Source: an uncultured Acidobacteriota bacterium
Lineage (GTDB): Bacteria; Acidobacteriota; UBA6911
NCBI GenBank assembly: GCA_963827655.1
Contig: CAWHCF010000014.1
Coordinates: 86,424-150,423 of the forward strand
Reading direction: 5' to 3'
DNA: 64,000 nt
Position numbers and translations under genes: made by a program. The notes under the pieces are model-generated. The model made no database searches. It was given only the letters and a program-made list of their open reading frames with translations, and had not been told where the DNA came from. Each line of letters starts with the position of its first letter. The first letter of the stretch is position 1. Shown piece by piece: positions 52,272 to 60,783 of this stretch.

Positions 52272-52381
52272 CGATTTACGATTGACGATTGACGATTGAA
52301 CGAATGAGTCGACCTGTGAATGGCAAACCAGTAATGACACATTATGCTTGTAGTGACTCGATTTCTAATCGTCAATCGTAA
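52266..52381. repeat. inverted heptamer arrays; the right arm is interrupted and resumes at 52881-52905
   Basis: CGATTGACGATTTACGATTGACGATTGACGATTGA...AATCGTCAATCGTAA; the hpt TGA lies inside the array. Confidence 0.9.
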
Positions 52382-52880
52382 TGCAGTCCAAACTGTATCA
52401 CGCGGGCATCCGTGGTCCTGTTTCGCGCAGCACTCTCGCAGACGCCAACGAGACTCGCGACTGGCGGATCTACGCCGACTTTGCAGCCGTGCTCATAGCG
52501 AAGGCAAGGACGCTGTATGTCCACGACGACTTTGGTCTCGCTCTGGATCAGACCGCCTATGCCTTCGATTCCACCACGGTCGATCTGTGTCTGACTTTGT
52601 TTCCATGGGCCCAATTCCGTCGACACAAGAGCGCCGTGAAGTTGCACACGTTGATCGACCTGCGCGGGAATATTCCTTGTTTTGTGCATATTACAAGCGG
52701 TCGCGTGGCGGATATGACGGCACTGGACGCCCTGCCCGTCGAGGCCGGAGCGTTTTACGTGATGGACCGGGGATATACCGACTTTCAACGACTCTATGCT
52801 TTCACGCGCGGCTTGGCATTCTTCATCATTCGGGGCAAGCACGATTTGGATTTCGTGCGTCGGTCGTATCGGAACGTGGA
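52381..52880 (+). pseudogene. internal fragment of an IS4-family transposase
   Basis: KLYHAG.RGPVSRSTLADANE.RDWRIY, DSTTVDLCL..FPWA.FR..K.AVKLHT and YVMDRGY.DF. Both termini and the IRs are missing. Confidence 0.88.
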
Positions 52881-52977
52881 CAAATCGTCAATCGTCAATC
52901 GTAAATTGTTAGGTTTGGTTGCTGGAAAGCTTATTACGGCACTGTGGGGATGCTGCAGCAACAGCAAAAACAAAAAT

Positions 52978-53132
52978 GGGCTCCAAGTGACTTTCTCCAA
53001 CTTTCGCTTTGGTTACCTCGGAACCTTCCAGCGACTTTTTAAATCCAGCACCTCTGACAGTGCCTTCTTTACCTAACCGCTTTCAGTTCCGACTTCACCG
53101 TAGTTCCGGTTGGTTACAATCTCTTGGAACCC
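52978..53132 (-). ncRNA. 155-nt rod-shaped structured RNA, 6S-RNA-like candidate
   Basis: 5' GGGUUCCAAG pairs with 3' CUUGGAGCCC. Nested stems GAUU/AGUC, CCAAC/GUUGG, UCGGAACU/GGUUCCGA, AGCGGUU/AGUCGCU and GGCACU/GGUGCU surround a central bubble. Starts 7 nt after a -10 box and ends at a U-rich tract. Confidence 0.75.
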
Positions 53133-53138
53133 GCGTGA

Positions 53139-53198
53139 ACTATAGGCGCGCTCACGAAACATGTCAACAGTTTTTTCACAATTTTTTTCAGTTTTTTT
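53139..53198 (-). promoter_or_regulatory. strong sigma70 promoter with UP-element-like A-tracts
   Basis: AAAAAAACTGAAAAAAATTGTGAAAAAACTG-TTGACA-N17-TATAGT. Confidence 0.88.
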
Positions 53199-53251
53199 GT
53201 CTTCTCTCGCTCTGAAGCTCGCCGAAATCTCTCGCGATAGTGCGAGCAGCG

Positions 53252-54745
53252 CTATTTGTCGCGCACGAACACCGTGAAGCCGCGGAATTCCTGCTTGCGC
53301 CACGCCCCATCCTTGACCGCCGGGGCGCGAAAGCCCTCGCATGGATCCGGTTTCAGATTATTGAAACATGCAACATAGCGACGGCTTATCTCGCCGCCGC
53401 GGAGAGAGCCAGGCCCCGGGTCAAGGTCTCCAACCCTGAAGTTTTTTAGCGCCGGGGCATTGTATTCAAGAAGCACATAGACTCCGGGCATGGTCACGAC
53501 ATCGCCCGGGCGCAGGTTATTCTGTAAAAACTTCGCGGTGCCGAGCCAGTCCTCCGTTTCTTTCTTCCAGTGACTCTGGTTGATCCAGACCGAGATCACA
53601 ATCACGAGAGCTGCATAAGTGATCGCCGGAGCGCTGATGCGAGAAGGAAGGCGTTCCAGAATGGTCAGGCGCTCGCCTATGTACGACAGACCGTACCCTG
53701 CCAGCAGTATCAATGGCGGCGTGGCATGCAATACATGACGGATCGCGAAAAAATAACCGGACCAGATTTCGAGCACGATCACAGCCGGGATAGAAATTCC
53801 AAACCAGGTGAGAAACCACACGAGAACTCGATCCTGTCCGTGTCGTCGCAGGGCCTGGACGCCCGTCGCCGCTCCGAGAAGGAGAAGGCCGGCCATGGGA
53901 TAGCTGCCGTCTCCCAACTCTTTTATCATCCTTAAAATCAGCCTGGGATCGACTACCTCCGAGGCTTTCGTCACCAAAGGCTTGGCCCAGGCGAAATAAA
54001 CCCAGGGAAGATAAAGGGCGCACGCCAGGCCCGCAGCCACGCTGTAGGCCAGGACGTGCCACCGGCGCGCCCGTTCAATGACGACCGCGCTCTCTCCTGT
54101 GTTTAACGCAGACGGTGCGCGAGAATTCTTGGGATCCCAGGCCGCCGAAATGACGAGCGCAACCCATTGGGAGCCCAGAACCAGGATTCCAAGAAAGCTG
54201 GCATAGAGGAGGAGGGTGAGCACGCAGCAGAGGAGAGCCCAGGCCGGCAACCGTCCGTCGTTCTTCGAAAGGATTCTGAACAAGAGGTCATACGAGACCA
54301 GCGATAAGAAGACCAGCAGCGCATAAGGCCGCCCCTCCTGACTGTAGTGATAGTGGAGCGGATAAAAGGTCAACAGTACTGTGGAGTAGATGGCAACCCG
54401 GTCGCCGAAGAGATGACGCGCGATGCGAAAGAAGATCCAGAGCGAGAGTGTGCCGAAAATTACGGCGTGCAGCCGCATGGCCCACGAGGCTTCGCCCAAA
54501 AGCGAAACGATTCCCTTCTGGACGAAGTAGTCAAGCGGAGCGGGAATCGCCATGCCGTCCCGCAGGCCCTCCAACATCTCGCGCATCGATGAAGCGCGCA
54601 CAATGAGCCCCTGCATGATTTCGTCAGTCCAGAGCTGTCGCCTACCCAGGAACAAGAGTCGAAAGAGGAAACCCACGGCCAGAATGATGGCCAGGATCCT
54701 GTTCATTTGGCTGCCCAGATTCAGGGTCTTTGCGTTCGCAATCAT
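53252..54745 (-). CDS. GT-C / GT39 (PMT-2-like) membrane glycosyltransferase
   Basis: LWTDE, PAPL, E...RL, YSQEGRPYAL and many TM segments. Confidence 0.85.
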   Translation of the reverse strand: MIANAKTLNLGSQMNRILAIILAVGFLFRLLFLGRRQLWTDEIMQGLIVRASSMREMLEGLRDGMAIPAPLDYFVQKGIVSLLGEASWAMRLHAVIFGTLSLWIFFRIARHLFGDRVAIYSTVLLTFYPLHYHYSQEGRPYALLVFLSLVSYDLLFRILSKNDGRLPAWALLCCVLTLLLYASFLGILVLGSQWVALVISAAWDPKNSRAPSALNTGESAVVIERARRWHVLAYSVAAGLACALYLPWVYFAWAKPLVTKASEVVDPRLILRMIKELGDGSYPMAGLLLLGAATGVQALRRHGQDRVLVWFLTWFGISIPAVIVLEIWSGYFFAIRHVLHATPPLILLAGYGLSYIGERLTILERLPSRISAPAITYAALVIVISVWINQSHWKKETEDWLGTAKFLQNNLRPGDVVTMPGVYVLLEYNAPALKNFRVGDLDPGPGSLRGGEISRRYVACFNNLKPDPCEGFRAPAVKDGAWRKQEFRGFTVFVRDK

Positions 54746-54908
54746 GTGAACACCGCAGAGCAAGGTTACCACGATGTGTCTCTCACTAACCACGAAGACG
54801 CGAAGAAACGCAGCCAGCAACCCGCGGCCATTAAAAAGTTGGCTTCCTGCACCATGCCGTTTATGATCGGCAATCTTCGCGATCGCCGATCAAAAACGGC
54901 GTCTGCGC

Positions 54909-56324
54909 GTGAATCGAGGAACCGACGTGAAAGTCACGGCAACGAACAGGTATCACAATCTTGGAGACACAGGACTCGCCTGCCACCCTCTGGGTTTCGG
55001 CTCTTATCGTATCAGTCAGGGGAACCGCGAGCACGAGACCGCGCTGCGCGCGTACCTGGACCGCGGCGGGAATCTCATCGACACGTCGGCGAACTACGCC
55101 GATGGCCTATCAGAGACCCTCATCGGCACTGTTCTGCGCGACCACCCGCGCGAAGAAGTGATCGTGGTGACAAAGGGAGGCTATATCCAGGGACAGAACA
55201 TGGAACTGGCGCAAAGGCGAAACTTCCCTGAAGTGGTGTACTTCGGCGAAGGAATCTGGCACTGCATCCATCCCGAATTCCTCGAGACCCAGATCCAGCG
55301 CTCGCTGGAGCGGATGGGTCTGCAGCACGTGGATATCTATCTCCTTCACAATCCCGAATACTATTTGACCGAGAAGGAATACCACGGCGGACCGACACCG
55401 CAAGATCACGAGGAGTTTTACCGACGGATTCGAGAGGCCTTTCGCTTCCTCGAGAGCCAGGTGGACTCCGGCGCCATCCGGTGGTATGGAATCAGCTCCA
55501 ACAACTACGGCTTGCCCCGGTCAGAGCCAACCATGACTTCGGTCAGCCGCTGCCTGGAAGAAGCTCGAAGCATCCGACGCGAGCACCATTTCCGCATCAT
55601 CCAGCTTCCGATGAATCTTTATGAGTCGGGCGGCGCGCTCGAACAGAATAACAACGGAAAAACTGTGCTGGAGTTCTGCCGGCAGGAAAGGCTGGGGGTG
55701 CTGATCAACCGCCCGCTGAATGCCTTTTACAACGAGCGAATGATTCGGCTGGCTGACTTCATCCAACCGGGTCAGAAGCCACCGGATTCCGAAGCGCTGA
55801 AGGCAGTTCTGAAGCCCTTGCGGGATCACGAGCAGCGGCTCGCCGAAGAATTTCGAGTTCCACTGGTTGAAGGAGACAAAGGACTCGCCGGCGTGGTCGA
55901 GGAACTCATTCCCCGGCTCCAGTCCCCTACCGATTGGGAAAGAACCGCAGGTCCGAACGTCATTCGCCCTATGCAATCCTGGCTGAGAGAGCGCAAGCAG
56001 TCGCTCAGCGGTGACGCCAGGTGGGAGGCGTGGCAGCGCGACTTCATCGAGCACATCAATTCGCTGTTCGAAGAGATCGGCCGTTTTTTGTCATTCAAGA
56101 AGCAGAGCGTCTCGGACACCGTTCGGACCAGGTTATACGCGGCCGGCTATCCTGAAACCAAAGAAACCCTGAGCCGGATGGCGATGAACGTTCTTGCCAA
56201 TCTTCCAGGGTTGGATTGCATCTTGAACGGAATGCGCCGCATCCATTACGTCGAGGACGCCATGGGAGTACCAGGTCTGGCTCCCGTCGACGGACTCAGC
56301 ATCCTGCGGAATTTCCGTCGCTAA
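54909..56324 (+). CDS. aldo/keto reductase with a large helical insertion
   Basis: LGFGSYR, LIDTSANY, VVTKGG, SLERM..DIYLLHNP and GISSN; start uncertain. Confidence 0.82.
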   Translation: MNRGTDVKVTATNRYHNLGDTGLACHPLGFGSYRISQGNREHETALRAYLDRGGNLIDTSANYADGLSETLIGTVLRDHPREEVIVVTKGGYIQGQNMELAQRRNFPEVVYFGEGIWHCIHPEFLETQIQRSLERMGLQHVDIYLLHNPEYYLTEKEYHGGPTPQDHEEFYRRIREAFRFLESQVDSGAIRWYGISSNNYGLPRSEPTMTSVSRCLEEARSIRREHHFRIIQLPMNLYESGGALEQNNNGKTVLEFCRQERLGVLINRPLNAFYNERMIRLADFIQPGQKPPDSEALKAVLKPLRDHEQRLAEEFRVPLVEGDKGLAGVVEELIPRLQSPTDWERTAGPNVIRPMQSWLRERKQSLSGDARWEAWQRDFIEHINSLFEEIGRFLSFKKQSVSDTVRTRLYAAGYPETKETLSRMAMNVLANLPGLDCILNGMRRIHYVEDAMGVPGLAPVDGLSILRNFRR

Positions 56325-56326
56325 CT

Positions 56327-56485
56327 CGATTGACGATTTACGATTGACGATTGACGATTTAAGGGTCGAGTCAATGAGCGGCCGCAAACTTGCGCACTCC
56401 AAAAGGAAGCTTGCTTAGTAGTTAATCCGTGGATACCCGGTACCACCTATGGCAATCGTCAATCGTCAATCGTCAATCGTCAATC
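56327..56485. repeat. inverted heptamer arrays (56327-56360 and 56453-56485)
   Basis: The left array follows the AKR stop; the right array of four AATCGTC units follows an ATG at 56449. Confidence 0.92.
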
Positions 56486-57718
56486 CGAGGCCTTGCCCGA
56501 TCCGTTCTTGAAGTTCCCCACTCGCGAATTCGGGAACTCGCGGATATCGCCATGTCAATGGACGGCGTGCTGCGCCTTTATTTCGGCGAGTCCAACCTCC
56601 CCACCCCGCGGTATATAAAGAATGCGGCGGTTCAAGCTCTCCAGGACGGCTACACCTTCTACACCGAGAACGCAGGCCTTCCAAGCCTGCGCCAGGCCAT
56701 CGCAGAAAAATACCGGGAGATTCACAGGGTAAACCTCGACCCGATGCGGCACATCGTAGTCACGGCTTCGGGAGTCCAGGCCTTGAATGTTTCAATCCGA
56801 TGCCTGCTCGACCCGGGCGACGAAGCGCTGATTCTGACGCCTGCATGGCCCAACGGTTCGGCGATCGTGGGGATGTGTTCCGCGCGCGCCATTCACATTC
56901 CTCACGTGCTGAGCGGCCAGCGCTACGAGATAGACTTCACGGCGCTCCAATCGGCCATCGGACCACGTACGCGTCTGATTCTTTACACTTCGCCTTCCAA
57001 CCCACTCGGCTGGGTCGCCACGGAGAGCGATCAGAAGCGTCTCCTGGAACTCTGTCGACAGCACGGGCTCTGGCTCCTGGCCGACGAGGTTTACGAAAGG
57101 CTGTACTACCGCGGGCCGGTGGCGCCTTCTATCCTGCGCTTATCTGCGCCTGACGACGCGGTCGTTGTGGCGCACTCTTTTTCGAAGAGCTATTGCATGA
57201 CCGGATGGCGTCTCGGCTGGCTGGTGTCTCGGCCCGACCTGGCACAAAAGGCAACCCAGTTGAACGAGTTCATCGTTTCACATGCGCCTTCCATGGCCCA
57301 GAGAGCGGCCGAAGCGGCGCTGAAAGAAGGAGAAGACGAATTGCGCGCCATGGTGGGCCGGCTCCGGGAGAACAGGGATTTTGTCAGGTCTGCCCTGCAA
57401 CAGATGCCCGGCGTCACGGTGCCGCAAGCGGAGGGCGCCTTTTACCTCTTTCCTCGCATCGAGGGAATGTCCGACTCTTTTGAATTTTGCCGGCGGCTGC
57501 TGATCGAAAAGAAAGTTGGAATTGCGCCCGGCGTGGCCTTTGGAGAGGGTGGCGAGGGATCGGTTCGAATATGCTATGCTGCTGATCGCGCGGTGCTCGA
57601 ACCCGCGATGGAACGCATCAATTCTTTCCTGGCGTCTTCGCGTCCTGGCGCTGAAAGCCCGAAAACAAGATCCGACTCGAAGACGCAGAAGCGCAAGCCT
57701 CGACGCAAAGGGGGTTGA
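56429..57718 (+). CDS. class I/II PLP aminotransferase (start ambiguous: GTG 56429 or out-of-frame ATG 56449)
   Basis: YTENAGLPSLR, SPSNPLG, ADEVY, SFSKSYCMTGWRLG and GAFYLF. Confidence 0.92.
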   Translation: MDTRYHLWQSSIVNRQSSIRGLARSVLEVPHSRIRELADIAMSMDGVLRLYFGESNLPTPRYIKNAAVQALQDGYTFYTENAGLPSLRQAIAEKYREIHRVNLDPMRHIVVTASGVQALNVSIRCLLDPGDEALILTPAWPNGSAIVGMCSARAIHIPHVLSGQRYEIDFTALQSAIGPRTRLILYTSPSNPLGWVATESDQKRLLELCRQHGLWLLADEVYERLYYRGPVAPSILRLSAPDDAVVVAHSFSKSYCMTGWRLGWLVSRPDLAQKATQLNEFIVSHAPSMAQRAAEAALKEGEDELRAMVGRLRENRDFVRSALQQMPGVTVPQAEGAFYLFPRIEGMSDSFEFCRRLLIEKKVGIAPGVAFGEGGEGSVRICYAADRAVLEPAMERINSFLASSRPGAESPKTRSDSKTQKRKPRRKGG

Positions 57719-57719
57719 T

Positions 57720-60677
57720 ATGGGCATTGATCTTCGTTCGGCTTCTCCGGCAGTGCGTTCGGCAGGACGGGCCTTTCTCCTATCCGCCATCCTTCTCGCT
57801 CTGGCCCTGTCAGCCCGAACACGGGCCTTGCCCGTCGCACTGCAGAATCCGTCGGCCGAGGAAATTCCGGGGCTCGGCTTTCGCATCACCCTGGGCCAGG
57901 GAGACGACGCGCCGCGGGACTGGAGCGGCGAGATTACGCTCTCCGGCGGGCGGGTTTCACGGCTCGAGGGCTGGCATTTTGCCCTGGAGGACAGGATCGA
58001 AGGGCAGACCTGGAAGGCAACGAGCAAGAAGCCGGTCCAGAGCCGCCTGCCCAATCCTGCCAATCCTCCACTGGTCGACCCGCTGGGCATCTTCACGGTC
58101 GGGATCCAGGCTGTGATTGACGCTCCTGGAACCACCAAGGTCAGCATCCGTACAACGCCGGGTGATTTCTCTTTCCAGGTCAAAGAGCTGGTTTATGGCA
58201 AGCCGCTCAGTTTCCTGGACGGGTCTGTGGTGGTGGAACGCCAGCCCGTCACCCAGCGCGTCACTGCTCCGGAGCTCGAGGATGATGATCCCGCGGTTGC
58301 GGTAACGCGCGACGGCACCGTCTGGATGGCCTGGATCGCTTATCGCAATCGAAGCGACGAGGTTCTGGCGCGCTCGCTCAAGAGCGGGCGCTGGTCCGAT
58401 CCGGTGCGGGTAAGCCCGGGCGGCGGCGATTTCTTTCGCGTAACGCTGGCCGAAGACGCTCAGGGCCGTATCTGGTTCGTCTGGTCGGCGCAAGAGAATG
58501 GAAACTGGGATCTCCAGGCCCGAAGCCTCGAAGGAGGGAAATGGTCGGCCGTGACTCGGCTCACGCAGAACCCGGCTCCCGACACCTTCCATTCGCTGGC
58601 CGCGTCAAAGAATGGCAACCTGGCCCTCGCCTGGATGAGCTTTCGTGAAGGGCAGTCCGACGTCTACCTGAAAGGCTGGGACGGAACTCGCTGGTCCGAC
58701 GAAATCAAGGTCAGCGACAGCGCCGCCAACGATTGGGAACCCTCCGTGGCAGTGGATTCTCAGGGAAGGTCCTGGGTCGCGTGGGACAGCTACGAGCGGG
58801 GAAGCTACAACGTGCTTCTGCGCAGCGTCGCCGCCGGACAGCCCGGAGATTTGATCCGGGTCACCGACTCGCCGCGCTACCATGCGCGCGCTTCCGTCAC
58901 GGTTGACCCGGCCGATCGCGTCTGGGTGGCATGGGAAGAATCTGAAGCCAACTGGGGCAAGGATTACGGCTACCTGGCAAGCCCTACTCCCTGGCAGGCC
59001 AGCGGAAACCCGCTTTATCGCTCGCGCGCGGTGCGCGTTGCCGTGCTCGACAACAAGGTTCTGAAGACACCGGAGCGCGATTTGATGGAGGCGGTGCCGG
59101 CCTGGCTGCGGCAGTACACGCAGATGCCTCAACTGCTCAGCGACCCGGCCGGACGCATCTGGGTTCTGCTGCGCGTTCGCAGCTTCGTGCGGACCGAGAC
59201 CGCGGACGTCTGGGCTTCCGGCGGACGCTGGAATGTCTTCCTGACCGCCTATGCCGGCGGGAGCTGGCTCCCGGTCATTCCCTTCCCCGACAGCGTCGCG
59301 CGCAACTACGTCCGGGCCGCCGGCGCCATTGCCCCGGATGGAAAACTCTGGGCCGCCTGGCCGACCGATGGACGCCTGTTCGCGAATCCGCCCAAGCCCG
59401 TTCCGGCCGCCGCCAATCTCAAACCGAATGACCTTCAGGGATTCGGCGCGGTTCCGCAGGCGTACGATGTCTTCACAACCTCGGTCGATCCCTCCGGTCT
59501 GCAGAGCGCGACGACGATTTCGAAAAGCGAACTGGTGCTGCTGCGGCCGGACCTGGCGTCCGCCGGCCCCGTGCATCCCGATGAGGAGGCCAGCGTGCGC
59601 CGCATTCGCAGCTACGAGATCCGGTCGGGCGGAAAGACTTACCGGATCTATCGCGGCGACATGCACCGGCACACCGACATTTCCGCGGATGGCGCAGGCG
59701 ATGGCTCGGTCATGGATCTTTTCCGTTACGCAATGGATGCGGCCCGCATGGACTACGCCATGGTGACGGACCACAACTCGGGTTTCGACCAGGAGTACTC
59801 CTGGTGGCGCATCGAAAAAGTCGATGATCTCTTTCACGTCCCCGGTCATTTCACGACCCTGTTCGGATACGAGCGGAGCCTGGGTTATCCCAACGGACAC
59901 CGGAACCTGGCCTTCGCTCAGCGCGGCGTGCGCACGCTCCCGGCGGCCCCGGGCGAGCAGCCCCAGCAGGGGATCGTCAAGGTCAACAGCGGCAGCGTGC
60001 TCTACCCGTATCTGCGGCAGAATCGCGGCATCGCCTTCGGTCACACGTCGCATACCGGGATGGGAACCGATTGGCGCGACAACGACCCCGATCTCGAGCC
60101 GCTGGTAGAGATCTACCAGGGAATGCGCACCTCGGCGGAATACGAAGGCGCCCCGAAAGCTCCCACGCAAGACAGGCCCGCCACGCATCAGGGAGGGTTT
60201 CAGCCCGCGGGTTTCGTCTGGAACGCATGGGCCAAAGGATGGAAGCTTGGGGTACAGGCCAGCTCCGATCACATTTCGACCCACATTTCCTACAGTTGTC
60301 TCATCTCCGAGGATGGCAGCCGGGAAGGTTTGATGAACGCGATGCGGCGCAGGCATACCTACGCGGCAACCGACAACATCATCCTGGACATTCGGATGAA
60401 GGACGGCAGCGCCGAGTATCTGCAGGGAGATATCTTTGTGGCTTCCGGACCGGCTCAATTAACGGTGAAGGTGATTGGAACCCAGCCGCTGAAGGAGGTC
60501 CGGGTCGTCAAGAATAATCGCTTCGTCTACGATCAGAAGCCGGGCGTGCGCGAAGCCGAGTTCAGCTTCAGCGATGCGGATGCGCAGCCTGGCGAGAGTT
60601 ATTACTACGTTCGTGTCCTGCAGGAAGACGGGCAGGTGGCCTGGTCCTCGCCCATCTGGGTCACCCGAAAAAAGTAG
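57720..60677 (+). CDS. secreted beta-propeller + PHP-like metallohydrolase (paralog of 35884-38400)
   Basis: Signal peptide, ANDWEP, AWDSY, NWGKD, GDMHRHTD, TDHN, GHRN, EIYQG and ASSDH. Confidence 0.75.
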   Translation: MGIDLRSASPAVRSAGRAFLLSAILLALALSARTRALPVALQNPSAEEIPGLGFRITLGQGDDAPRDWSGEITLSGGRVSRLEGWHFALEDRIEGQTWKATSKKPVQSRLPNPANPPLVDPLGIFTVGIQAVIDAPGTTKVSIRTTPGDFSFQVKELVYGKPLSFLDGSVVVERQPVTQRVTAPELEDDDPAVAVTRDGTVWMAWIAYRNRSDEVLARSLKSGRWSDPVRVSPGGGDFFRVTLAEDAQGRIWFVWSAQENGNWDLQARSLEGGKWSAVTRLTQNPAPDTFHSLAASKNGNLALAWMSFREGQSDVYLKGWDGTRWSDEIKVSDSAANDWEPSVAVDSQGRSWVAWDSYERGSYNVLLRSVAAGQPGDLIRVTDSPRYHARASVTVDPADRVWVAWEESEANWGKDYGYLASPTPWQASGNPLYRSRAVRVAVLDNKVLKTPERDLMEAVPAWLRQYTQMPQLLSDPAGRIWVLLRVRSFVRTETADVWASGGRWNVFLTAYAGGSWLPVIPFPDSVARNYVRAAGAIAPDGKLWAAWPTDGRLFANPPKPVPAAANLKPNDLQGFGAVPQAYDVFTTSVDPSGLQSATTISKSELVLLRPDLASAGPVHPDEEASVRRIRSYEIRSGGKTYRIYRGDMHRHTDISADGAGDGSVMDLFRYAMDAARMDYAMVTDHNSGFDQEYSWWRIEKVDDLFHVPGHFTTLFGYERSLGYPNGHRNLAFAQRGVRTLPAAPGEQPQQGIVKVNSGSVLYPYLRQNRGIAFGHTSHTGMGTDWRDNDPDLEPLVEIYQGMRTSAEYEGAPKAPTQDRPATHQGGFQPAGFVWNAWAKGWKLGVQASSDHISTHISYSCLISEDGSREGLMNAMRRRHTYAATDNIILDIRMKDGSAEYLQGDIFVASGPAQLTVKVIGTQPLKEVRVVKNNRFVYDQKPGVREAEFSFSDADAQPGESYYYVRVLQEDGQVAWSSPIWVTRKK

Positions 60678-60684
60678 AAAGAAG

Positions 60685-60773
60685 AAATCTGGGGACAGGC
60701 TCCGAATTGCGCAGCAAAACATCGGTCTCTTGGCCGATCTTGCCAGCGCAATTCGGAGCCTGTCCCCAGATTT
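60685..60773. repeat. 28-bp perfect inverted repeat between convergent genes (REP-like, probably also a terminator)
   Basis: AAATCTGGGGACAGGCTCCGAATTGCGC / GCGCAATTCGGAGCCTGTCCCCAGATTT with an inner hairpin. Confidence 0.85.
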
Positions 60774-60783
60774 TTATTCGTGA

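Noticed and set aside
52381-53076. 231-aa ORF as an intact transposase or novel fusion
   Set aside because: Similarity stops at 52880; the tail is translated repeat plus the antisense of the ncRNA.
52978-53132. SRP RNA, tRNA or riboswitch identity for the ncRNA
   Set aside because: No SRP helix-8 motif, no cloverleaf, and no downstream gene on that strand to regulate.
4635-56485. Heptamer and REP arrays as a CRISPR locus
   Set aside because: No 23-47 bp direct repeats with regular unique spacers, and no cas genes.
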